Source: Candidatus Omnitrophota bacterium (GTDB taxonomy: Bacteria > Omnitrophota > Gorgyraeia > Pluralincolimonadales > Pluralincolimonadaceae). From it: 64,000 nucleotides of DNA. The DNA lies in the NCBI GenBank assembly GCA_003141835.1, contig PLNR01000009.1, positions 8,307 to 72,306 of the forward strand. The letters run 5' to 3'. This document shows, piece after piece, positions 16,821 through 27,200 of the stretch (the stretch's first letter is position 1; every line of letters begins with the position of its first letter). The notes under the pieces were generated by a model. The model did not search any database. It saw only the letters and a list, made by a program, of their open reading frames with translations, and was not told where the DNA came from. The position numbers and the translations under genes were made by a program.

Positions 16821-19800
16821 TCACTGATCTGGAAATAAGGTAAGAAACTGTATATCGTCAATGTATACAACTCCTTCCATATCGTCCCACTCAAAAACTA
16901 TCTTAAACATCTTAAGTCGACTTATATCTACGTGGCGTTTTACAAAATCTATCAATGGTATATTAACTTTCTGCCAAGAGGTGGTAACAGTTACGTATTT
17001 TTCTAAATCTACGCAGTTCTTTGTATATTCCGCATTTGAACCATCATCTAAATATATATTAGGCTTTTCCCCCCCATTTTTACCCTTTATCCAGAAAGAT
17101 AAAGTGTTGTAATCGGAAACATTTAATCCGTTCAACATCGAAAGATAACCACAGTATGTGCCCGGGGTACCGTCTCTTTTTGCTGCTTTGACGCCAAAAT
17201 AGGATATTTGATAACAATATCCTCTTTCTTTATCATCGAAATAACTTGTTCGTATCTTGCTAAGTCCGTCCCCAAAAACCCAATTACCTCCACCAATTAA
17301 ATTTATAGATTCTCTCCCGACGTTGAAGTCATCCACGATAATAGGCTGTACCTGTTTTGTTAACTGGATATTCTTTATATAAACTATCCCTTCCCTCATT
17401 CCCATCCAATTTTCAAAAGCGAAAGAGAGCCTCGCTATTTTAGACAAATCCAATTCTCCGCCAAAACTTGACAAAGGAATTGCCACCTTTTGCCATTCTT
17501 TTGAAAATTCGCCTGTCAAATAACCCCCTAATGTTACTTTCGGCTCAATTCCATTTGAATCTCTAAGGCCTACTCGTATAAGCTTATTGGCATCCACATT
17601 TTTTACCCAAAAAACCAATGAATTGTAGGCTCGAAAATCCGCCTTCTCTAAGGACGTCCAATAACCCGCATAATCCTTCAAACCAGGAACTTTATAATTT
17701 AGGGCTAATGAATAACCGACTTCTTCACTATTGTAGTCGGCTTTGCATTCTCCGCCTGCCTTCGGATTTGTAAAATAATAAGATTTCCCGCCAAGTTTAT
17801 TCGGAGGTCCTCCGGCATTGAAATCGTCTATGAGGAGTATAGATTTATCTTTTGTATCTTTTACGACTATTTTATAATGTACCGTCTCTGACCAGGCACC
17901 AGCTTTATCTTGGTAGCGAATATGAAAATACCATACCCCGGCTTCCAAATCGCTGAAAATTTTTGACGCGGTACAGCTATCTACCTCATCACCAGGTAAG
18001 GTATCCGGATTTTGGTCTATTAGAGAAGAATAACCCTTTATGGAAACCGCGTCCTCGGTTTCCCAACAAAACAACACTAAATTTGCCTCTTTATTATAGG
18101 ATACGAGGGAATATATTCTTGGTAAATCTAGTTTTTTCGGCTTTTTGGAATAATCCACAATAAAACTGAATCTAGATGTTCCATTTAGCGGATTGCCACA
18201 AAGATCCTCAGCTTCGATTAACTGAACATTAACTTTATCTTTATCCCCAAAAACAATACCGGCCAAGCTGGGACTAAAAGTCAATATCTTGTAATCCGGA
18301 TTGTAACTTAACACTGGGGGGGCGGTCCTGAATATTTTATCGTTTATTTTCACCTTTATCGTTTCTGGATTAACACCTACGCCATTCCCATCTGTTAGAT
18401 TAAAGATTATTTTATCCGGAAATGAATGGCTGCCATCGGAAGGAATAGTTGAATTTACAACCGGCCCTTTGGTATCTACCTTTATCCAATAATGATTTGC
18501 CCTGCCCCAATTTCCCGCCTCATCCTCAGCGCGAACGTGAAAATACCATTCGCCGTCAGCTACATTTTGATAGGAAACAGAATTGTTTCTACCTTCGCTT
18601 TTCGCACGAGGCAAAGTGTCCGGATTTTGATCAAGGCAGTAACTATATTCTAAATCTTTGCTTAAATCATCTTCCGCGAAAAAGGTAAACTTAACATTAG
18701 AATTGGCGAAGCCCAGTTTGGATATTCTGAAATTATCCATAAAATAGGTGGCACCCGTTTTATTTTTCCCATACTCCAATTTCATATACCCCGCCTCATC
18801 CCAATCCGCCATCACTAATTCCTCTATGATAAACACGCCCAACTTTTGCTTGAGCATTTGGTAAAGATTAAATTGAGCAGTATGCCATTTACCATCGGCA
18901 ATGATGCCCTGAACATGTCCTATCTCTTCTATGTTAAGCCGGCGATATCTCTTCGGGTCATCGTTAAATCTAATTTCATACCATCTTCCTTCGATTTTTG
19001 CCAAAAAATCTATTTTTACATCCTTCGGAATTTTATAATCGAAAGAAACTAAGGGATATTCTTTCGCGTCAAATGGTTTTGAGATAACCGTGGAGGAAAA
19101 ATTCCCTCTCTCATTTTGGTTGGTAAATTTCAGGCAATATCCACCCTCTTTAGCCGTATCATCTAACGATAATAGAGCTCCCCTTCCTCTATCACGATCC
19201 GACCAAGAGCCTAAGCCATCTTCGAAGGTATCTTGTATTAAGGAGGGATGCGTAGCGGAGGCAATCTTTGGCGCAGAAGGCGGAGTAAGATCAAGGAAAG
19301 GGATTTTATCCTGTTTATCCGGATCGGCTTTTGATACTACGATGATCATTTCTTTTTCTTGTTTTACGGCAATTATTCTTTCTTTGGGGGAGCTTTCTTT
19401 TGAAACCGCAGCGACGCCTCTGTATATCCCGGTATTGCTACCTGTCTCCAATAACTGAATTGTTATGCCCTTCGGGTCCGAAATACTGCTTAAAATCTTT
19501 ACTTCCGCGGCGTCAATCGTATTAGAGTTTGCATCTTTTCCTTTCATCTCGATATATAGTCTATCCTCCAATTTCAAAGGCTCAGTCCTATGGCTTAAAA
19601 AATCTTTATTCATAACCTTTAGATATTCTATCTGCTGAGGCGAATTCTGGATTACCTCGCATACCACATTTTCAGAGGGCAGGCTTACCTGCCCAAATGG
19701 GTCGGTTGCCCGAGAATAAATAATATTTTCCCCGTCGTTCAACAAAATGTTACTTAAATTAAAAATACCCGTGTCTTTGTCCGATTCTGCTTTACCCTGG

Positions 19801-20798
19801 CTTTGTCCGTTTACAAATACCTCCACCTCTGTATTTGGGTCGGACTCGCCTTTTACGGTTATTAATTTTAACGGAGTAGGCGAATAGGGTTTATAGATAA
19901 TAGGGGGCTGAGGCGGCTTGACTTTAGCCAGTATACAATAATAAGCGACGCCTGAGGTTATACTTGAAACGGGAGTCCTCAGGATATTCTTTTCGATATC
20001 GGAGACGCCGGCCAGATAGTCCCAATTGCCCGTTCTCGGCTCATATGCATATATGCCCAACTTTTTCTCTTCATCCGGCGACTTTAAATCTGTATTTAAA
20101 TAATTCATTTCCAATACAGCGTCTTTGGTAAAACTCTCGCCCTGCGGCCTAATCACATATACTTGCCCTACTAATATATAGCCTTCGGGAATAGTAGCAT
20201 TTTTGTCTATAACAGACCTTATCCCAAAGACCTTGAAAGGGCCATCCATGGCCTGTTCGGGAACGGTTAAAACCACTTTGTTATCCTTGCTTTCAACCTT
20301 TCCGCCGTAAACATTAGGAATTACTCTTCCTACTTCCACGGTAACTCTATCCTCTGCTTTTTCCCCGCCCTTTCCAAATACTGAAAGCTTTACCGTATAT
20401 ATCCCGTTTAAATCAACAGGATGCTCTCCGTAGACATAATTGGAAAGCCCCGTGCCCCAAGTGGCTAAATTGCCATGGATGGTCTGGTCTCCTATGGCGA
20501 GCTCGTCGATATCCACGTTTTCCATCTGAGGACTGGTTGAAGCGATAATTTCAACCCATTCCCTTGGGTCAGGGCCTTCTCCATATTCTACCCTGTATCT
20601 TTCAAAATCTCTGCCGTAGGCTTTGCCGAATATGGGAACATCTCCCCTTACTAATGTGTCTTTGCCGGGAAGATCTATCTTAGCAATAAGTAAGGCAGGA
20701 TTGGACTTTGGATTGGAGGAATTCTCCGCAAAGACCGAGGAATGCGAAATGGCAATTAATCCTATGATAATTACAAACGCTGCCTTCTTGATATTCAC
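16821..20798 (-). CDS. Large secreted surface protein (1325 aa) with Ig/FN3-like repeats and two C-terminal CBM-like modules
   Basis: N-terminal signal peptide (MNIKKAAFVIIIGLIAISHSSVFA). The body is rich in beta-sandwich-type segments. Two C-terminal ~150-aa modules resemble the stand-alone CBM-like protein at 1623-2222. Low GC. Confidence 0.6.
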   Translation of the reverse strand: MNIKKAAFVIIIGLIAISHSSVFAENSSNPKSNPALLIAKIDLPGKDTLVRGDVPIFGKAYGRDFERYRVEYGEGPDPREWVEIIASTSPQMENVDIDELAIGDQTIHGNLATWGTGLSNYVYGEHPVDLNGIYTVKLSVFGKGGEKAEDRVTVEVGRVIPNVYGGKVESKDNKVVLTVPEQAMDGPFKVFGIRSVIDKNATIPEGYILVGQVYVIRPQGESFTKDAVLEMNYLNTDLKSPDEEKKLGIYAYEPRTGNWDYLAGVSDIEKNILRTPVSSITSGVAYYCILAKVKPPQPPIIYKPYSPTPLKLITVKGESDPNTEVEVFVNGQSQGKAESDKDTGIFNLSNILLNDGENIIYSRATDPFGQVSLPSENVVCEVIQNSPQQIEYLKVMNKDFLSHRTEPLKLEDRLYIEMKGKDANSNTIDAAEVKILSSISDPKGITIQLLETGSNTGIYRGVAAVSKESSPKERIIAVKQEKEMIIVVSKADPDKQDKIPFLDLTPPSAPKIASATHPSLIQDTFEDGLGSWSDRDRGRGALLSLDDTAKEGGYCLKFTNQNERGNFSSTVISKPFDAKEYPLVSFDYKIPKDVKIDFLAKIEGRWYEIRFNDDPKRYRRLNIEEIGHVQGIIADGKWHTAQFNLYQMLKQKLGVFIIEELVMADWDEAGYMKLEYGKNKTGATYFMDNFRISKLGFANSNVKFTFFAEDDLSKDLEYSYCLDQNPDTLPRAKSEGRNNSVSYQNVADGEWYFHVRAEDEAGNWGRANHYWIKVDTKGPVVNSTIPSDGSHSFPDKIIFNLTDGNGVGVNPETIKVKINDKIFRTAPPVLSYNPDYKILTFSPSLAGIVFGDKDKVNVQLIEAEDLCGNPLNGTSRFSFIVDYSKKPKKLDLPRIYSLVSYNKEANLVLFCWETEDAVSIKGYSSLIDQNPDTLPGDEVDSCTASKIFSDLEAGVWYFHIRYQDKAGAWSETVHYKIVVKDTKDKSILLIDDFNAGGPPNKLGGKSYYFTNPKAGGECKADYNSEEVGYSLALNYKVPGLKDYAGYWTSLEKADFRAYNSLVFWVKNVDANKLIRVGLRDSNGIEPKVTLGGYLTGEFSKEWQKVAIPLSSFGGELDLSKIARLSFAFENWMGMREGIVYIKNIQLTKQVQPIIVDDFNVGRESINLIGGGNWVFGDGLSKIRTSYFDDKERGYCYQISYFGVKAAKRDGTPGTYCGYLSMLNGLNVSDYNTLSFWIKGKNGGEKPNIYLDDGSNAEYTKNCVDLEKYVTVTTSWQKVNIPLIDFVKRHVDISRLKMFKIVFEWDDMEGVVYIDDIQFLTLFPDQ

Positions 20799-23095
20799 GG
20801 AAGAATGCGGGACGAGACGGTTAAATTCTGTTTGTGTGGATGGGCTGGGCTTTCTAACTCAGCGATAACCTTTTTTTCGGCACCGAGTTCTTTAAGGTGA
20901 GATGCCAATTCGTAATTAGAGCCTTCGTAGGTTTGTCTTTGGCTTAGGCGGTACCTATCCGCTCGTTGTTTTAAGCGGTTTTGTATGTTATCTGAGAAGA
21001 AGTCGATACCTAATTCTTTAGAATGCTGGATGAAGGTTGGGTCTGCTGATATTATGTCCATAAATGGCGTATCCCAACTTGTCCCAAGGAGAAGTTGTTT
21101 TGTTACAGGGGGATCTGCGTGGGGATAGATATAAGGATCGGCGCTTGTAGGCTTAGCAAGCAAGAAAAGTCTATAAACAACTTGAGAAGTTAGCCACTCA
21201 GGAACGTAATTTCCATTTTTATCTTTACCATCCCACGCAGTGAAGTTCGTAACTGTTTTGGAATAACCGCCTGAGTTACGATCTAAAACCTGCACTTCGT
21301 CCTTGAGAACTACAAGGGGATTTATAATCTTTAGCCCTTCTGGCGTATTTACATATAATGAAGCGGATACATTCATATTTTCTGACTGAGCCTCTGTTAC
21401 CGCTTCATCCGTAATAGTAAATTGTGAGAGTGTACCGGAATTCTTTAGCGCGTCTATAAATGGATCTCTGTCTTCATCATAAGGGGGCACATCTATTCCC
21501 CAGCCGTAACTCGCAGGAGGATAATCACCAAAGGTAAAATATACATCTCCGATTATTGGTCGGGACAGATACGCCGTAACCTCATCCGTAAATGTGTCGT
21601 TTTGAGCAAATTCCTCAGCAGGGTTCTTAATTTTTAGACTTAAGGTATTTACGCCAGGGCTCAAAGTAGCCTTAACAAAGAACTCCCCAGGCTCTAATTT
21701 TATCTTTGTTTTATTGCCAAGAATATCTATAACTTCAGGGCCATCTCTTGATTTTAGGAAACCTCTGCCGGGGTACGCATAATAGGGCATGTTAGCTACA
21801 AAATTACCAGGAATGATGTTTTTACCGTTTAATCTCATATATTCCAGCTCTATATCTGCCAATAGGTATTCCTTTATCTTGACTACTATATAGTAATCCA
21901 TATTAGGAGCTCTTTGAGATTCGTCTAATGCAATAACTTTTATGCGCTCAATCTGAGGTTTATCTTCAATGGCCTCAAGGGTCTCTTTAATGGCATTGTC
22001 AGCAACCCCCACATGAAACCCACTTACTTGATAATCAGCTCTAGCTATCTCACCAACTTTTGTTTGACTTGACATAGTCACAATACCATCGCCATTAAAG
22101 ATGGCATTATCTAATGACTGCGATTCGCCAGCTAATGTAGAAAACGTAAAAGGAGAGCTAAGTTTCGACAGTTTATCTACTGACCATATCGCGATTTGAT
22201 GCCCCACAGGGTTGCTTCCGGTTATAACTTTATAATCTGTCGGTACAGCAAGACTATTATTATTCCCTAAAAAGGTATCGTTTGCTGCATAATCTGTGTG
22301 TAATGTAACTGCAAAATTGCTTAAAAGTCCAGAATATGTAGCTTCATAACGTGTAAATGCTGGCGTGCGAAGATCTTTTATTGCATCCCCTCTAGGCTTC
22401 GGCCCTGTAAAATCTAAGGGTGTTAGTAACAAATTAATATGTAGTTGGTTATTAAAAATTTTAGCATAAATCGACGCCCTTTCAACAGCTTCTTTATTAG
22501 CAAAAAGAAGCGGAGAAAATGCTGTATAGGAATTATACGTTATACTTTTAACTGGAGAATCCATCTGCGCATTTCCGTCCCTAACTTGGTTAAGTAACCA
22601 CAAAATACTTGCATACGGAGAACCTAAGTGCGGCGTATCAATAAATACCACACGAAATATTTTATTCTGGTAGGACGGATGTAGAGCTAATAACGAACGG
22701 GTAACCAATCCTCCCATGCTGTGACAAACTATTATAACTTTTCGGTCATTTGCAGATATTTCAGGTGGATAATAAGAGAGGGCTCTATCTATCAAATAAC
22801 TTAATCTAGTTATAATATCAGGAATATGGCTATTATTTTGATTTTCATAATCGCAATTTACAAAATAATAATTTTCACTAACCTGACCAGGATATTTAAA
22901 TTTTTCTTCGATTCCAGTCGTCCAAAAATATCGCCTTAGCTCATCTCTCATCCCTCTCCACATCGCATCGCTTGAATTTAAACCGTGAACAAAAACAATT
23001 GGGTATGGGTAATACGTTTGCTCAGCGTAAGCAAAATTTATGTTTATCATTATAAGAAATGAAATGAGCATAAACTTTCCCGAAATTTTCTTCAT
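20795..23095 (-). CDS. Secreted alpha/beta-hydrolase (lipase/esterase, GHSMGG type) with a long C-terminal extension
   Basis: Signal peptide, then IVFVHGLNSSD (oxyanion region) and the nucleophile-elbow VIIVCHSMGGLVTRS, typical of lipase class 2 / PGAP1-like hydrolases. The ~500-aa C-terminal beta-rich tail has no identified function. Confidence 0.65.
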   Translation of the reverse strand: MKKISGKFMLISFLIMININFAYAEQTYYPYPIVFVHGLNSSDAMWRGMRDELRRYFWTTGIEEKFKYPGQVSENYYFVNCDYENQNNSHIPDIITRLSYLIDRALSYYPPEISANDRKVIIVCHSMGGLVTRSLLALHPSYQNKIFRVVFIDTPHLGSPYASILWLLNQVRDGNAQMDSPVKSITYNSYTAFSPLLFANKEAVERASIYAKIFNNQLHINLLLTPLDFTGPKPRGDAIKDLRTPAFTRYEATYSGLLSNFAVTLHTDYAANDTFLGNNNSLAVPTDYKVITGSNPVGHQIAIWSVDKLSKLSSPFTFSTLAGESQSLDNAIFNGDGIVTMSSQTKVGEIARADYQVSGFHVGVADNAIKETLEAIEDKPQIERIKVIALDESQRAPNMDYYIVVKIKEYLLADIELEYMRLNGKNIIPGNFVANMPYYAYPGRGFLKSRDGPEVIDILGNKTKIKLEPGEFFVKATLSPGVNTLSLKIKNPAEEFAQNDTFTDEVTAYLSRPIIGDVYFTFGDYPPASYGWGIDVPPYDEDRDPFIDALKNSGTLSQFTITDEAVTEAQSENMNVSASLYVNTPEGLKIINPLVVLKDEVQVLDRNSGGYSKTVTNFTAWDGKDKNGNYVPEWLTSQVVYRLFLLAKPTSADPYIYPHADPPVTKQLLLGTSWDTPFMDIISADPTFIQHSKELGIDFFSDNIQNRLKQRADRYRLSQRQTYEGSNYELASHLKELGAEKKVIAELESPAHPHKQNLTVSSRILP

Positions 23096-24240
23096 TTTAC
23101 CTTAACCGTTCCTTCATCTTTGAACAAATCTTCAAGGCTCATGATAGTAATTTTTCTCCCTGCGAATAATGGCCGACTGTGTGCGTCTTTTTTCATCAAC
23201 ACATCAATATATGCTAACTTTTCCCCAGCAGAAGATACAGATGGGTATTCTTTGTAAAAGTCTTTTACTAGCACCCAACCATCATCTTTCTTTCCATATA
23301 TTCCAAAATTTCCGGCAATCAGAAATTTCTCATCTTTTGTGATAGCGAAGCTACTGGGAAGAGCGATTGCATATTCATCGCCATAATAATTAGCTATGGA
23401 GTCAAAATGAGAACTCGATAAAAACAACTTATCTACTAATTCAACATTGCCGTCAGGAATATTTATTAAATAAATATAATTCCCCCTATCCAGCTTGCTG
23501 GAATCACCCGTATAAGAAAATGCTAGCTTATTCTTTGATATTAATTTCAAATCTTTCACATCTCCCCTTTTTGAACCTTCAAATCTATTTTCGGTTATTT
23601 CAGTCAATTTCTTGACAGTATTATCTCTTATAGAATATTCCAAAATGTAATTCTCATGACGCTCATAAAAGTTATCATATCGAACCCCATATAGCTTTTC
23701 CCCATCCTGTGAGATATCAAAAGGAATTATCTCCGGAACTCTTTCTTTAAAATTTCTTCCTGTTATATCAAGGGTGATATAGCGATAATCGCTTGGGATA
23801 CCGCCATAATAGTTATAATACAGAAATATCTTTTTGCCGTTATCATATACTCTAAACCCCAAATTCTCATCCAAGGAGCCCTCAAGCGATTGACTCGGTT
23901 GGATATGCCTTCTGGCGATATGTTTTATCAGTTTTTTCGTTTCGGGATGACTTGCCCTTTCACGATATATGTAAATATCCATTATGGGATTCTTTATTAA
24001 TAAGATAAACTTACCTTGTTCAAAAACCGTCTTATCCCTATGAAGAACAAGCTCAACATAGCAAATTTCATCGTTACTTATCCATTGCGGAAAGGTTGTC
24101 CTTCGCTGTATTTCCTCATATGGCGTAAGTTTAAGTAGAAATACCGGCCCCCAGGCATAAAGCAATATAAAAACTATAAAGGCAATCACAACTAACACAG
24201 GCGTTGTTATTATTCCTATTAATATTTTATTACTTTTCAA
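23092..24240 (-). CDS. Hypothetical membrane-anchored protein (single N-terminal TM, beta-rich ectodomain)
   Basis: N-terminal TM ILIGIITTPVLVVIAFIVFILLYAW and no catalytic motifs. Very AT-rich coding sequence, translationally coupled to the lipase gene. Confidence 0.45.
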   Translation of the reverse strand: MKSNKILIGIITTPVLVVIAFIVFILLYAWGPVFLLKLTPYEEIQRRTTFPQWISNDEICYVELVLHRDKTVFEQGKFILLIKNPIMDIYIYRERASHPETKKLIKHIARRHIQPSQSLEGSLDENLGFRVYDNGKKIFLYYNYYGGIPSDYRYITLDITGRNFKERVPEIIPFDISQDGEKLYGVRYDNFYERHENYILEYSIRDNTVKKLTEITENRFEGSKRGDVKDLKLISKNKLAFSYTGDSSKLDRGNYIYLINIPDGNVELVDKLFLSSSHFDSIANYYGDEYAIALPSSFAITKDEKFLIAGNFGIYGKKDDGWVLVKDFYKEYPSVSSAGEKLAYIDVLMKKDAHSRPLFAGRKITIMSLEDLFKDEGTVKVK

Positions 24241-24261
24241 AGTTGCCTTCTTTCCTATAAA

Positions 24262-27200
24262 TTATTGGAATTCACTATCGGGTATACCAGTATTAATATA
24301 AACATTTGAATATATGTGTGTGGTTGTATACAATAGCTTACCGCCTTCTCCATATACTTTATCAACTTCATTCTGATAACCCCAGGCATTTTCCATTTGT
24401 ACAAAATCTGAATATTCACTTGTATTAATTGTTTCAAAGCCATTTTGTAATATGTGGTACTCAGTTTTTATAATGACCCCTTTCCCATAATCTATATAAT
24501 TAACTACGTAGGGGTATTCGTCAGTTTGCCCTTCCTTTTTAATTTTAACAACATAGATGTTCGATGTAGAATCACCTGAAACGATCTCTTTGCTCATTGT
24601 CGCTACGCTTTCTTCAATAATTGGTCTTATATAAACTCCAGGATTAGGTGAAATTTCTTGTACCTTTTGTTTATTCCCCTTTATCCATATCTTAAGATAC
24701 GTTATAGGCGCGAGAAATGGTGAATTTGAGGTGACTGTAATATCTGCTTTTGTATCCTGTATCATAGAGTCATTTAAGTTTACTCTGGCAATAATATCAT
24801 CTGCGGTCACCGTCAGAAGCGCTGAAGTCGTAATATTAAAGGTCACGGCTACAAAAGGATTGGCATTCGTTGATACCTGAATCTGGGTCAAAGCTAAAGC
24901 TAAGTTTGGACATGTTAAATTTACTTCTGCTTCGCCATAATCAGTAGTAACAGTCGTTGGTGAGGATATAGTTCCTGCGCCTTGTATCACCTGGAAGTTT
25001 ATAGTTTCATTCTGTATTGGATTATTGTTTGAATCAGTCAGTTTTACTATTAAGGGTATTGTGACGGCGGGTGCAGGAGTTACTGAGTCATCTGTAATCT
25101 TCGTAAGTACAGAAGGTTGCGCTGGCTTTGTAGCTACGGAGAAAACAGTTTTGACTAACGGATTGCTGACGGAATGAGCTTCAACCTGGTTTGTTGTCTC
25201 AGAATTAGTATCTGTAGTCAAGGTTATAGCTGCTTCCCCGTTTGCATCGGTAAAGGAGGACGTAGATGATAAGGAGCCGTTCCCTTGGGTTATGCTAAAT
25301 AAGATCTCTTCATTTGGCTCGTGTTGATTATTTTTATCAAGTCTTACCTTTAACGTCTGGTTCGAGCCGGCGCTTGGACAGTTTGGGTCGCCTTGAGTTA
25401 CATCGCCTGAAACTTTAAATAATTCATAATTGGCCAGGTCTGGTGAATTAACTAATATTGAATCGCAAAATTGATTGTTATTGGCATCATAGCCAGAGGC
25501 GGTTACGACTGTTTTAATTGTATCTAAAACTATCTCCTCTGCCGTAAAATTAGTGTTATTAATGAGGGCGGTTGTGGAATTAACCATTATAAGTGAGAGA
25601 TCCGTGGTATTTGTTCCCTGAACATTTATGGGCGATATATCCTGTTCTGCGTTATCCACAGGCGAGGTTATTGTTACTTTTGGAGTTTGGGTGTTATACG
25701 TTATATTAATTTGTTTTTGGTTGGTGTTCCCTGCCTGGTCAGTTGCCTGAATTGTGATCGTATCCGCCCCCTCACTTAAAGTCGGCCTTGCGATGAATCT
25801 AAAGTCAGCTAATGGTTCAATAACTGCACCATTTATTGTAACTATTTGAGCATCATCTGAAACTCTTCCACAGACTATATTGCTTCTGGTAGTTGAGTTA
25901 TTATCCGGGGCATAAATACTTATGCCCGGTGGTGTCGTATCTAATATGACATTTATAATAGCTTGTGTACTTATAGTATCCTTGACTGCCCACGCTGTTA
26001 TTATATTTGTGCCTTCAGTCAAAGGTATATTCGAGGCGATAAAGGTATTATCTGCTACATCGGCTTGTATGTCCCCTATCGTAACAGTTGCTGTATTGTC
26101 ACTTACCGTGCCCGAGATGGTTATTGTGGGGGTATTTACCAAAACATTATCTGCCGGAAAAGTTATGGCAATTGAGAGCGTTACTTCCTCTTGTTGATAG
26201 TTTACGGTTATGGAATTTGAGTTAGATGAGTTGGTTGCCGGGTCGGTTGCAACCGCGACAATTGTATTTGTGCCTTGGGTTAATGGGACACTCGCAGAAT
26301 ATGCCCCGTTTACCGGCACGGGTGTCGCTTTAACCACGTCATTTACCTTGATCACGACAGTCGCCGTGTTGTCATCTACCGTGCCTGATACGGTTATCGG
26401 CGATACAGTTGATGTAGAATTATTTTCGGGAGACGTGATCGCGATTACTGGTGAGGCAGTATCTAATATTATAGTATCGGATACAGCTGCTGACCAGTTT
26501 CCGGCAACATCCTTGAACTTGGCATAGGCTGTCTTGATGCCCTCTCCTGTTGTCAATGTCCAGGATTTAGAAGTTGCATAGACTTCTGGTGTTGACCAAT
26601 TAATGTTATCATTTGAGAACTGCATCTGGCTTAGATCTGAACCGTTATCAGTTGCGGACAGAGTTAGGGTAACTGCGACCGAGTTGGTATATTGTGCCCC
26701 ACTATTGATCGTGACTGTTCCTGACGGGGCTGCAGCATCCAAAAGGATATTGGTTGTAGCAGGGCCGCTCTGATTTCCGGCGGCATCTTCGGCCTTTACG
26801 CTTATACTATTCTCGCCTTCCGCTAAACTTGATAATAAGCAAGACCAGGTAGTGGATGTGGGATAGGTTACCGTGCCTATCGTTGCCGTAGAACAGGTCA
26901 CTATTATAGCGGCTGCATCTTCTGTCTTTGTGCCTGTCACGGTCTGCGAGTTTGCGTTCGTAGGAGAAGTGACTGCATCTATGGTCGGCTGTGCAGGTGC
27001 CGTTGTATCCAATATTATGGTATCGCTTGCGGCTCCGGACCAGTTACCGGCGCCGTCTTTTGCCTTGGCATAGACGGTCTTAGTACCGCTTCCGGAAGGC
27101 AGTGTGTAATTTATTTCCGACGTAGCGGGCTCCGGATCCGACCAGTTAACGTTATCGTTGGAGAACTTCATTTCAGTTATACCGGATTGCGTATCGTAAG

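Noticed and set aside
24255-24443. 62-aa minus-strand ORF overlapping the 3' end of the giant adhesin gene
   Set aside because: It sits in a different frame inside the AT-rich adhesin C-terminus, has no SD and no domain, and is most likely spurious.
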